From Callorhinchus milii (taxonomy: Eukaryota), in NCBI RefSeq assembly GCF_018977255.1, contig NW_024704743.1:80850001-80914000 (forward strand): a DNA stretch of 64,000 nt, written 5' to 3'. A model generated the notes under the pieces. That model made no database searches, was not told where the DNA came from, and saw only the letters and a program-made list of their open reading frames with translations. Made by a program: the position numbers and the translations under genes. Positions 37,359 through 50,800 of the stretch are shown piece by piece. Each line of letters begins with the position of its first letter. The stretch's first letter is position 1.

Positions 37359-38766
37359 CAACAAATTATGTAGTTTATCTGGTGGATTTTTGGTTAAAAC
37401 ATGGAGGAAATTCCTTTCTCTTCTCGAGTAGTGTGATGGAATCTGTAATAACATAACATAACATGTAGGAGCAGGAGTAGGCCATTCGGCCCTTCGAGCC
37501 TTCCCCGCCATTCAATCATGGCTGATCTTCTAATCTGACTCCAGCTAATAACCGGACTCTGCCTTATCCCCATATCCCTTAATCCCTTTTGCAATAAGAA
37601 ATCTATCTATCTCAGTCTTGAATACATTCATCCTAACAGGCAAATGGTATCTCGATTTAACATTTCATCTGAAGGATAATACCTGCAACAATCTAATACT
37701 CTCCCAGCACTGTACTGCAGTAGACTAGGGTTGTCCAGTACATTAGCCACTAACTACGTGTAGCTAATTGGCAGTCCAGATGTGGCTAAATTGCATTTTT
37801 GATTAGTAAATAGAAAATGAGTAATAGACACCATCGTTGGGCATGTGATCTTAATACTCATATTTGTACGTGTATGCATGTGTATTTTGACCTTGTTCAT
37901 TTATTGGTAAGAAGATAAAATGGTAAGATGAAAGTAACGTGTGCAAGTTTTTTTTATTGGTTAGTGTGCTTTACTTCCTTGGTTACTGCTTCTTGATTAT
38001 TTGCTTATACAGTGTGTAACATGGATGAAAGTATGGATTTAAGTAGCATGGAAACACGAGCAAAATAAAATTTAAAAAGATTTGGTCACTCGATCCACAA
38101 CTGTTTGTGAGACACTGTTCTGCGCAACTGGTTGCTGAGTTTCACCCACAAAATATACAGTCAATTCACTTTACAGTATATTCTGTGAAGCATTTTAAGG
38201 TGTCTCGAAGATGTGATAAGGTGCTATATCATATGCAAAGATTATTATTATATTGTATGGAGAGGGGAGCTGACAATCATGGTTAGCTTGACTAATTGGA
38301 ATAACCACTCCAGGCCAGCAGAAGAAAGCAAGCAAGTCCAGCCAATAATAAGCGGCATCAACAGGGCAGGTCATGGCAAAGGGCAAGCAGCAGCCAACCT
38401 CGCTCTGGATGGACAGCAGGGGCAGGTCTAGTGTGTCTCACAAAAGAAAAATAAAGAGAAGACTGCAAAGTTTCAAACTGTATTGTAATTGATGTTTATT
38501 AAGTAGATGTTTGGAATGCCGCAAATATAAATTAGGCTTAGACCTAGATGGAATTACTCCATCTAGTTTGCACTGTAGACTACTTTGATATTTTTAATTT
38601 GGGAAATACATTTTTTTGTGAGTCTTGCTTCACACCCAGGCTTTTATTTTGTTCAGATGGTTCCATTTGAAATATTTCCTAGAAATTTATCATAAGGGAA
38701 GCAATCTAATACTGTGTGCTACAAGCCTTGCTTATGTTTCCTTGCAGGAAGTTAGAAACAAGAGGC

Positions 38767-38899
38767 ATGGAGTTTCAACAGATAAAGAACCTCTTATTCT
38801 TTCTTGTATTTCTGTACCTACAAATGCTGTTCCTCAATGCTGCCCATCGTCCTTCACCAGATGTCTGTTCAACTCATATGATCTTACCAGGCCCAAAAG
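38767..38899 (+). CDS. COLEC10: COLEC10 first coding exon (signal peptide, N-terminal Cys, start of collagen)
   Basis: Good Kozak context ggcATGG; MEFQQIKNLLFFLVFLYLQMLFLNAAHRPSPDVCSTHMILPGPK G|gtatct. An acceptor-like tttccttgcag ending at 38747 suggests an upstream non-coding exon. Confidence 0.85.
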
Positions 38900-41800
38900 G
38901 TATCTATCCAGAATGCTCTTCAGAAAAGCACTTCAACTCTGTCCTATGAATGTACTTATTGATCTTGCTTGTTCATTGTCTTGTCACTGAGATGAATTAA
39001 TAGAGGGGATACTGGAGGGAGGGATTCCACCCCTCTGCATCGCCTCTCTCACCATACTCCTGGTGACTGGGTCAAGAGATATATTGACAGAGGCCTGGTA
39101 CCAGGAGACAGAACTGCCCACTCAGCCAAACCAATGTGGAATCCTGTAACTCAGTGGTTAGAGCACTCGCTTTGCAAGTGAGAGACCCGAGTTCAATTCC
39201 AGGCTGACTCCACGCGCCCAATAATAATCCCTCCAAAAAAAAACAATAATAAATTGATCATTTTCAATCCATGACTGTTTGTGGGACATTGCTGTGCGCA
39301 ATTGGCTGCCGCGTTCGCCCACAAATATACAGTCAATTCACTTTACAGTATATTCTGTGAAGCACTTTGGGACGTCTAGAAGACGTGAAAAGCGCTATAT
39401 CAAATGCAAGGATTATTATTATTATTATGGTGCGCCCTGCAAGGCAACTCAAAGAAGCAGATACAGCAATTAAAAAAAGGAAGCACAAAAATAAATACTA
39501 AAAAGAGCAGAGAAATCAGAGTTGTAACGGCTTCCTTTACAAAGCAATGCATTTTGACCATTTCTCTTTAAACATCAAGCAATTAGCAGTCATTGCTTCA
39601 TCAGGACAGTTTGTAAACAGTGACAAATTACATTGTGCCATTTTATCATTAGCCGTTACACAAAAGGGTCAAATGACAGATCAAACTCACACTTCCAACA
39701 ATTGTTTGTGGTAAGCCGGTGTCTGACAGTTCAACTCTATGAAAGATCCCATTTCAATACTAGATAAAGGAGTTTCTCCCGGTGTCCTCGGTAACAAACT
39801 CCCAAATAAAATTGCTCATTCACTTTATGGGTCTTTGTGGGAAATTGCAAATTGGCCCCCACATTCGCTCGATATATAAGTCACACCACTTTACAGTAAA
39901 TCCTGTGAAACACTTTGAGATGTTCATCGGACATGAAAGGAGCTGTATCAAATATAAGAATTATATTAATTAGAACATTGGGAAAAACTCCCTTCACTTT
40001 CAAATAGTGTTAGGGCATCTTCATAAGATGTTGTTTTAAAAGAAAATTAAATAATAATAATTTGGTCATTCAACCCTCGATTGTTTGTGGGACGCTGCTA
40101 AGCGCAATTGGCTGCCCTGTTTCGCCTACAAAATATACGGTCAATTCACTTTACCGTATATTCGGTGAAGCGCTTTGAGATGTCTCGAAGATGTGATAAG
40201 GCGTGATATCAAATGCAAGGATTATTATTAATATTAATAACAACAAGATTACATTTGTATAGCACTTTTCATGTCGGAAGGATGTCCCAAGGCGCTGGAC
40301 AGTGTACAGCATTTCAGACCCAAGCTGGGGTCAGGGGGAGAAGGGAGGGGAAGGGGTTTGGCCGATGGCATGGTCGAAGAGGAGGGTTTTGAGGAGGGAC
40401 TTGAAGGAGGCTAAGGAGGGGGCGAGGCGGAGTGATTGGGGGATGGAGTTCCAGAGGTTGGGGGAGAGTGGCTGAAGGCTCTCTCGCCAATGGTGGGGCG
40501 GGTGGGTTGGGAGACGTGGAGGCTGGAGCCGGCTGAGCGGAGGGAGGAGGCGGGTTGGTAGGGGTTAGGAAGTCACAGAGATAGGGTGGGCGAGGCCATG
40601 GAGGGCTTTGTAGGTGAGGATCAGGATTTTGAGCTGGATCTTCTGAAGGATAGGGAGCCAATGGAGTCAGGCGAGAATGGGGGAGATGGGGTCACATATT
40701 AAATGCGTCATCTGAATGATTGCACTTCTGACAATGCAGTGGAGACTCTCCCAGTACTGCAGTAGAGTGTCAACCTAGGTAGGAAACTTAAAGACCTGAC
40801 ATAGAACTTGAACCTACAAGCTACTAACTCAGAGGCAAGATAACTACCAACTGAGGCAAACTGACACCTAAACGCGACTCTGTTTTCAGTACAGTGTCTT
40901 GGTGCAAGCAGCTCTTTAAGGTAATGTTGGCAGTAAGTCATCAGATCAAATGGTTTTGCAGTCACTGTCCGATTCTAGTTTATCTTGCTTTTCTTTAAAA
41001 CTGGCACCATTTAAACTGGAAATCTCTAAGAGAAGGGAATAATCAGATACTTCTCAAAAAAAATTTCCCCAATTCTTAAGCGTAATCAAGGGAAACTCCA
41101 GTTGATTAAAATAGAAACAAGATCGGCATTGCTCAGCTATGACATTTCTTACGTTAAAAGACCCTATCAAGATATATTCCTTTTTGGGCTCCCTTTATTA
41201 GATATCATGCAAGGGAAAGACAATTTATTTTTAGTTGGTAAGAACTGTAAAAAAATAGTAACAGGGATCTGAGATGACTACCAGCTCATGTGAGGATGTG
41301 GTCAGCTTCCACTCGTTCTGTATCTCCCCACATAAATACAGCTGTGTTTATAAACTCTTTCTCCAAATAGGGCCAGTGCAGGGTAACTTCCCTTCAGCTG
41401 CAGCCCCTGTGTAAATGGTGCTTCCAACATGCTAGTATCTAGCATTGTACAAGCATAATAGTGTCATTATAATACATTACAAATTTACATCTACGCATTT
41501 CAGTTTGGGAGGACACATCAAAAACCTTCTCAGTAACATAGCTTTGGTTCATAAGGTCTGAGACGCTACCCCGCATGAAGGGCACTATATAAATGCAAAT
41601 GTTTGTTGTTCTTGTAAGATCAGGAGTGGTGTGTTGCTGTGACATGTTGGGAGTCCCAGGAGTGTGGCAAGTGGGAAGGGGTAAATTTTCATGCAAGATT
41701 TCTGACATGAAAAGTGACCAAATTCAGCCACCACTTCCAAGTCCACACCAGGCTGACTTGTCAAATTACTCTATCATTGCCGGGTCAAAAACCTGGACTC

Positions 41801-44800
41801 ACGATTGAATAAGGTTATGTCACTGCTATTGCCACAAGGACAGCATCAACAACAATAACTTGCATTTATACAGCGCCCTTCACGCAGAGTAACATCTCGG
41901 AATGCTTAACAATGGCGGAGCTTCACGCTGAGCCAGGACGAAAATGAAGAGGATGGTCTTCAGGTTTGATCTGAAGACTGACAAAGACTGGGCAAGGCAG
42001 AGTCCACAGTTTTGGAGCATGCAGAAAGCCAGTTTAAAGACAGCAGAAGTTTAAAGAGCAGACCCAGTGTCACCCACGTGCCCAGAAAGAGTTAAAATAA
42101 AAATTGTTCCTCATTGAGGAGGTCAGAGCAGAGACCAGGGACTTCCCTATTATGGGTCAAAAACCATTTCAATTTACTCTCAGATGCTTACAGTATAACA
42201 AAGGGACAGGAAAATAAATTGATTTTGTAACACCTGCTCCGCCCCAACCTGTGTGTAGTGCATAATAAATTTAGGGCATTGAGCACTTTAACATGAGAGA
42301 TTACCAGTCGCTGATGTACTTATGGTCTGCACATTAGCCTCTACCTTTTCTGAGGAAACATCATTCGAAAAATATCAGGAAACAATCCCTTGTTTCTGTT
42401 TAAAGAATCATTCTCGGTAAATTGCGTAAACACTTGCGTGGTTTCTCTCTGTCAGAGTTTACTTTCCCACAAGTGTGATTCAGAATGCATGTTGGTGGTC
42501 TCCCTCTCACTCATGGAGTATATTCAACCCATGCTACAAAATAGTTCCAAATATTATTAAACAGCCATCGGCGTCTTTATTGCACAAAAATCCTTAGCAG
42601 AATAACATGACATGAGTTTCTCTGGTATTAATTTTCTCAAATGATAGCCAGAAATATATGATCAAAAGCTCTCATTATTAAAATATTCATTGAGTTTTAT
42701 TTCCTGAAAGTGCTGAGGGAAACTTGTTTTGGAAACTATAAATTGCACCGCAAAGATAATACTTACCAAGGACAGTCCATTAAAAACAGTGAGTTTTGGA
42801 TGTGTGTGCATGTGCTTGTGCGTAAGGGTGGGGGGGTGGGGGGGGTTGGGGAGGAAGTGAATTGAATATCTAAAATATGTAATTGACAAAAGAAGATTAC
42901 ATAATTATTTGTGATCTTTTTCATTTGCTAACAGCCCATATTTTAATCCAAGTGAGATATTCCACGTCCCTCATCCCCTCCGCTCCACCATCAGCCAGTA
43001 CACCCAAAGCTTTGGAACTCTCTCCCTCAATCCCTTTGACTTGCCCCCCCTCCTTCCCCTCTTTTAGATCAGGACTGAAGACCTTCCCCCCACCCCCCCC
43101 CCCAGGCTCGGCATTGGGCTCCCCCACTGTTAAACAATTCGAGATGCTCCCCACGAGAAGGGCGCTATATAAATGCAAGTTATTGTTGTGACAATGAAAC
43201 AAATTGTTAATTGTTTTTATTGGGGTGTTCCATTTCCCCACAAAACAAAGTTATTGAAAATTGCTGAGACTTGACAGATCAGACAACAGGCCTGAAATCC
43301 CATCTGTAATACTTAGCCTTCAAGACCATTTTGTTTTAAAATTTAAGATTGAGCAGAATTGTGGAATGTTCTAAAATATAGTCTTAATTTGGAAGCGGTT
43401 CTATCGAACATCCGTGGAAAATGGGCTACCAAATTAAAACTGTATTTTCCACAATTTTGCATAATCTTAATTTAAAATAATGTTAATAATAATAATCCTT
43501 GCATTGGATATAGCGCCTTATCATATCATTGAGACATCTTCACATTAGCGCTTCACAGGATATACAGTCAATGACTATATTTTCTGGGTGAACATGGCAG
43601 TTAATTTGCCCATAGTCTGACTATGGAGTGAGTGACCACATTTTATTTCAGGGATAGTATGCCACAACGACTGGAGAGAAAAACTCCCTTTTTTTTTCAA
43701 CACCATCATGGGATCTTTAATATCCACTTGGATAGGTAGTCAAGGGCTTTGGTTTAACATTTCAGACAAAGGACGACATCACCAACGATGCAGCACACCT
43801 GAGCACTGCATTAGAGTATCAGTTTAGAGTTCCAAGACCCAATCCACAACCTTTTGACTCAGAGGCAAGAGCTCTCATTATGAAAATATTCATTGAGTTT
43901 TATTTCCTGAAAGTACTCAGCCAGACTGACACAATAGTCAGACATAATAATCTTATTTAAGACATGATACAGTTATTGGCCAAGGCTGAATGGAATTTCA
44001 TTCTTCATATTATTGCAACTTTTGGTACTTTTTGTACCATCACCTCCTATTGATAGCTTGGCAACAGTTCACACAAGCAGAATTCATATCCCCGTGACCT
44101 TTAATTACAGTAGTATAGGAGTAACAGTTAACCATTTGGGTATGCATTTGACAAATCCAAATTGCATAAACTCTGTTTTTGCTCATAGAAATTGCCATGT
44201 GGCATATGACTTAAGGATATACCCCCATAATAAAGTTCTACCCCACCCCATATAAATGTTCTGGCCCTACCTCATACTGATATTATGGTCCTACACATAC
44301 AGATGGTCTGCTTACTGAATTATAGTCCTGTCCCACCTTACCAAAGCTCTCTTTGAAAGTTAGATATGACTACAGTTGAACTACCTCTTGAATTTTATGT
44401 ATGGTCATCTTCCCTTTTCCCCTTCCCTTCTCCCTCTGGTACACTAACCTGGTAGATGGGTGATCATTAAAAGTTGCAGCAACTAAGAAAAGTCCTGGAG
44501 CTCAGTGGTTTGAGCACTCTCTTTGCAAGCGAGGGACCTGAGTTCAATTCCAGGCAGAGGGCGAAACCTTGGGCAAGTTTCCTTACTCCACACAGAGCCT
44601 AATAATAATCCCTCCAAAACCAAAAACAATAATAAATTGGTCATTTTCAATCTCCGACTGTTTGTGGGACATTGTTGTGCGCAATTGGCTGCCGCGTTCG
44701 CCCACAAATATAAAGTCAATTTACTTTACAGTGTGTTCTGTGAAGCGGTTTGGGACGTCCTCCCGACGTGAAAAGCGCTATATTAAATGCAAGGATTATT

Positions 44801-47800
44801 ATTATTATTATAAAACCCCCAATTTGTTTTAGTTGCTGCAACTTTTTAATGATTACCCAAGTACATGCTTCCATTGGATCATCCACCTGTCCATCAATCT
44901 ACCCCACAGTCCATTGGACAATTTGCCTGTCCGTCAAGCTATCCAGTGATCTCTTTGGACCACCCATTTGTTGATAGGATGGTCCAATGGGAGCACAGGA
45001 TGGGTTGATGGACAAGTGGATGTTGCAATGGAATACATATTCACTGTAGGTACTTGACCTTGAACTGACCAAACCAAAACCACAAGTCAACTTTGGTCAC
45101 AACTTTTAGATCAACAAATCATGCTTTTCCTGCAGCCTTATATAAAATAGCTATTACATATAACACTGTAAGAAAGTATCTACAGTATATACACACATAA
45201 GGATACCTTACCTAATTCCAGATAGCATATCAACAAATCAACATATTAATAACATGTTGCAACATTTGAATCAAAGATATTTAAAAGGTTTCTGTTTAGA
45301 CAGTTTAGTCAATTTAAAATGCTGGCTTTTGCAGCTGCAGGCTTTGGATGAAACTCCTTTTCAAAGCAGTCCAGGGAGAAAGAGATAGCTTTACAATGTA
45401 ACTGAGAATGAAGAGTGGAAGTAGTCTGAAGCAAGCTCAGTAACTTCATTATTGAGAAGAGGCTTTTGTGTTGAACTCAATGAAGAATGTACGAGAACAA
45501 AGAACCCAGTGACCTGCTCAGTTCCAAGGAGACCCTGCTTACCCCCCCCCCCCCACCCCACCCAAAAAAGGTAGCAGGCACCACAGACACATAACTTAAC
45601 AGATGAAGGTGTAATAAATTATCTGCTAATACAGCTTAGCTTTCTCCTTTATACACCTGTCAATAACCATTCCCATTACTTAGACGTGCTGTTGCTAGTG
45701 TCAGATGTAGATATAACAGAAGGGGCTAAGGCTGGAGTGGAAAAAATATGGCCCACGGGCCATATCCGGCCCGCCAAATGATTCTATCTGGCCCTTCATT
45801 GTGTCTAACAATAGAAAAAATTATAGTTTATTCAGTCCCAGAAAGTCGCACAAATTTTGCATTTGAATCAGACCGGGAACAGCAGCCAATCACACTGCTT
45901 AGTTGTGCGCACGCTCCCTTAAATGTTGAATCAGGCCGATGTCAGAAATGTATGGATCGGTAAATTTTCAAACACGTGCGCTTGGCAACCGAGGCAATAC
46001 TTTTCACTGAAGAGGACGTTAATTCAACATGAGTTTATCAAAGAAGCGGTAAGTGGACACTGAAGGCCGAATATTCAACAAAGAATGGACTTCTAAATTT
46101 TTTTAAACCAGTGTGGGTGGAAAATAAAACAAATAAAATAAATAAAATAAAAATAAATGAAAAAATAATAAAGAAAGAAAATAAAAAGTGTGCAGTTACA
46201 AAATAAACTAAGCAATTTTGCATGTTTTTCACTGGCACTCGATGAGAGTTGTGATGTCAAAGACACAGCCCAGTTGATAATTTTTATTTGAGGTATCACC
46301 AAACATTTTGAGCTCACAGAAGAATTGGCATCAATGCAGTCAATGAAAGACACGACAACTGGAGAAGACTTTTTGGAGGCAGTAAATAAATGTATTTTAA
46401 AATTAGGAGTGGAGTGGAAAAAATTGGTGAATGTGACCACCGATGGAAGTCCAAATCTGACAGGCAAAAATGTTGGGTTACTGAAAAGAATTCAAGATCA
46501 AGTCAAAGAAACAAATCCAGAACAGAATATTGTGTTTCTGCACTGCATTATCCACCAAGAGGTCCTCTGCAAGAGTGTTCTAAAACTAATCAATATTGTG
46601 GACACAGTTATGAAAGTGGTCAACTACATTTGAGCAAGAGGATTAAACCACAGGCAATTTGTAACTCTGCTTGAGGAATTGGAATCCGAGCACACGGATG
46701 TTCTGTATCACACAAATGTTCGATGGCTTAGTTTAGGAAAGATCTTGAAAAGAGTGTGGGAACTGAGAACAGAGATTGATTTATTTTTGGACATGAAACA
46801 AAAAGATTTGGATATCTCACAACTGAATGATGCAAATTGGCTCTCTGATTTCGCAACTGCTGTTGATATCATGAGTCACATAAATGAACTGAATTCAAAA
46901 CTGCAATGGAAGGGGGCCTTTGTGCATGATTTGTATTGCAGTGTTAAGTCATTTACGACAAAATTATTTATTTTATCGGGTCAGATAAGAAACAGGCAGT
47001 TTGCCCATTTTCTAACTTTGCAGCAGATTACTGGTTGCGATCAAAGCCTTAGAAAGTATACTTCGTCACTATTTGACTTACATGCCGAATTTTCTCGCAG
47101 ATTCCAGGATTTCAATTTGATCAAAAATGACCTGTCTTTGGTCTCTTCACCTTTCTCATTTGATGTTGACAAAGCCCCATTTGACCTCCAACTCGAGCTT
47201 ATTGACCTGCAATGCAATGACCTGACCATTGCTTGCGGAGCAATTCAAATCAGTGCCGCTTCCCAGTTTTTACGCCTCTCTTAATGAATATACCTTTCCA
47301 AAAATAAAGGCTCATGCCCGGAGGATGCTTGTGCTGTTTGGATCAACATACATATGCGAGGAAAGATTTTCTGTGATGAAATTCAATAAATCAAAACATA
47401 GGTCTGTGATGACTGATGACCACCTTGCAGCAGTCCTCCACATTACAACGGAAACGATGCCTGACTTCAAATGCCTGGTTAACGCACATCAGCGCTTTCA
47501 TTCTTCCCATTGAGTGAGCTTCTCACATTCTCATTAATATGTGAATAAATATCGAATAAATGTCTGCTCACTGAGTTGTTTTTATTTGACCTAATTTTAA
47601 TGAATGTCAATTATATAGACTTTATTTTATGCATGTACAAGTGTAAGACTTGATTTTGAACTATTAGTAAGCATTTGCATCTATATTAAGTGCGTGGTCA
47701 ACCAACACAGGTTTATTGAAGCAGAGGAGAATTCTCAGCAGCCCCAACTGTGACAAGGCACATTCCTTCATCAACAAAATCCCAGAGGGGTGCATGCACC

Positions 47801-50800
47801 TGAGTTAGCAGTTGGTACTCTCTTACAAGTGTTTGCCCTCATAATCTCCCCTCAGCTGTAGATTACAAGCTTTCAGGCCAGCCAGGTGGCTTCTTCAGAT
47901 TTCTTTGTTCCCTGGCCCTCCTTCCTACAGTCCCAGGGAGAGGGAGCAGAGAGTTCTGAGGGCTTTCATGGAAGCATAGGCTCTTGGCCCCTTCTCAAGT
48001 ACAACCCAAGGACCTTGTTCACTCCAGTTCTTATGGGTCTGTTACTGTATCATGGATTGTTTAACATTCAACTAAACAGAGAGCTAACAGCATAATTTAA
48101 TGTTTCATCTGAAGGACTGCAACTCTGACATGCAAAACTCTCAAGATGATATGGTGCTATAAAAATGTGAAACCAAGTTAGAAGCTGGTTTCTGTTTAAG
48201 GGTTCAGTGAAACTTTGAGGTGCTGACCAACTAATACTGTCCTGGTTTGTCTTATATTTCCAAAGGTGACCAGGGTGAAGAAGGTGACTGTGGTGAGCCT
48301 GGAAAAATAGGCAAAGAAGGTCCACCAGGGAAAAAAGGTATGGATCACTGTAACAAGAAGTTAAGAAAGAAAAATACTGCTGTTGTCATTTATATTGGGT
48401 TATAATCCCATGTTGGGATTTTGGACTCACAGTATGGTCTTAGATTGTGCTGCATTGTCAGAGATGCCATCCTTCGGATGCCATTAATACAAGGTGTCAT
48501 CTGCCTGTTCAGGTGGATGTTAAAGATCCTATGGCGCTATTCAAAAAGAGAACAGTTTCTCCCACTGTCCTGGCCAATTCCCCAAATAAAATCGTCATTC
48601 ACTTAAAGGCTATTTGTAGGACTTTGCTGAGAACAAATTAGCTGCCACATTTGCCTACAAAATACACAGTCATTACACTCTACAACAGTGATGGCCAACC
48701 TTTTTGGTCAGCCAACCAAACTCATTTTCTTGATGGAATATTTCTGATTTATTGCTGCACCAACAATATCTCTATTCAGTAGCTATTGATTTTACACAGA
48801 CTTACCTAGACTGGAGGTTCAACGGGCCACTTCTTGACGCCCCAGTGCCCTGGAATACTGCAGACCTGCCTGGTCAGGAACTGGACTACCAAGACTGCCA
48901 CAAAGGGTTGGCTCGATTTTGACATTCCATTGCCAGGCATGTCACCTTGTAGCCAGTTCAACTCCAAGGAGACACCACTTACCTCCCCTCCAAGAAGGAT
49001 AGTCACTAGTTGGTTGTTCGATATCCTGCAAGCATGGGTTTGAGCCCTGACTAGGTGGATGGTAGGTACAAGGAACTCCCTTCGACTTCCCGGTGGGCAA
49101 CACACCTCAGCATGAAATACGTGAGAGCATTGTCACCATCTTCCTATCCATGGCTCGGGCACACTTCCCTTCCCATTGAGTAATAGTTCCACCAATTGGA
49201 GTTTAAGCAGCAGCTGATTGTCTCTTTGCAAGACAATCCAGGTGGATTCCAGGTGCTGGTTGTATGGACGTGTGTTCATGAACTTTACTCCAGGTAATGC
49301 CTTACACCAGCTGTTGCCCCAAGCTCAGAGTTTCCTCATCAGCTATCTGGTGCCTTCAGCATGGTGGAAGGACCTTTACAGGACAGTTTGTGATGTGCTA
49401 GCCACCTTGATGTTCTTGAGGTCCAAGTCCACTGCTGCATACCAGGCTTACTCAGCACCAGCTGCTCAATCCGGGTCCTCATGCAGGGGACCTTGGCAAA
49501 TAGACTGTGAAGCTGACTCCTCTTCCAGGGTGCTTAGCAACAAGTCAGTGTAGGCTGGAGCCCTCGCTCTCTGTAGCCACTTCCCATGTTTGCAACAAAT
49601 CCACCTCACTGCTTGATCCTGGACTTTGCAGATGGGTTGGAGGAAGCCTCTCCATTGCATTCCTGGGAGCTCAGATCCAAAAAGCAGGTCTGTTTGCACA
49701 TAGCTCCTCTACGCCACTTTGTATGTCTGAAATCAGTGAACTCAGTTTGACGACTTATCAAATGCAAATGAGAGGATTGCTATTTAACTTGGGACTTGAC
49801 AACAACCTGTTCCAGCTTTAATAACAAACACCATGATTCAAACCTGAAATGTGTGGTTTGAATGGTACTGCACTTGACAGTCCATACCTTTAGCAATAAA
49901 GCTTATTTTTAATACCTTTGATGGCAGATTTTAACTTTAATTGTTGCCAGATCCAAAACCTCAGTTTAACATCTCATCCAAAGGACAACACCTCCACAAA
50001 TGCAGCACACTCTCAGCACTGTATGGTGTGTCAGTTTAGACTGTGACCTGGAATTTCCAATGTGTCTCAACTGGATGTTTCCCAGACTCTTCTTCCTCAG
50101 TCAATTGTCATCCTTGAAAACCTTGTGTAAAATATATATATTTTTAGAAGCAGCATATTAATAATTGAATATCCAACATATTTCCCTTTTGTTTTGAAGG
50201 AATGACTGGTGAGCCTGGTCAGAATGGAGATATTGGTAGAATGGGTAAAATTGGTCCAATTGGCTTGAAGGGTAAGTTTAGAGTTTGAACACAACGTCAA
50301 ACTTTGAAGTTAAGTTACTTTCTTTCCACAAAATAATAGGGGTGAAATTAGTCCTGTTATGAAGGCTTATAATGCCTTATCACATTGAATGCATTCTCAG
50401 ATGCCACAAATTTTGTCCCTGGTTAATAATTATTAGCAGTCTTAGTTCACAAGTTACAAGTTATCCATCTTTACCAATATTTCACCCCTTTTAGTCATAG
50501 AATGTTACAGCACAAAAATTGGGCATTTAACCCACCAGGCCTGCGCCAATGTTTTTCTCTACACAAGGCTATCTGAAGCCCACAGATGCTCACTTCTAAT
50601 TTGAGTAACATAACAAATCAAGACAAGACTTCCAAGACTCAAGCTGCAGTTAATAAAACTGCAATGTGCAATGTTGGTTTGTTAGCAGATTCTTGGCAGG
50701 TTTTGCAAGTAAGTTCTTTAACCAACTAGTACTGAAAAATATTAAAAAATTGTAATTTTGAATTATTTGTTGTCCAAAATTTCACAGTCCAAAATATGTC

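Noticed and set aside
46325..47284. Domesticated GTF2IRD2/ZBED-like gene
   Set aside because: Premature stops, a frameshift and an internal deletion mark it as a dead transposon copy.
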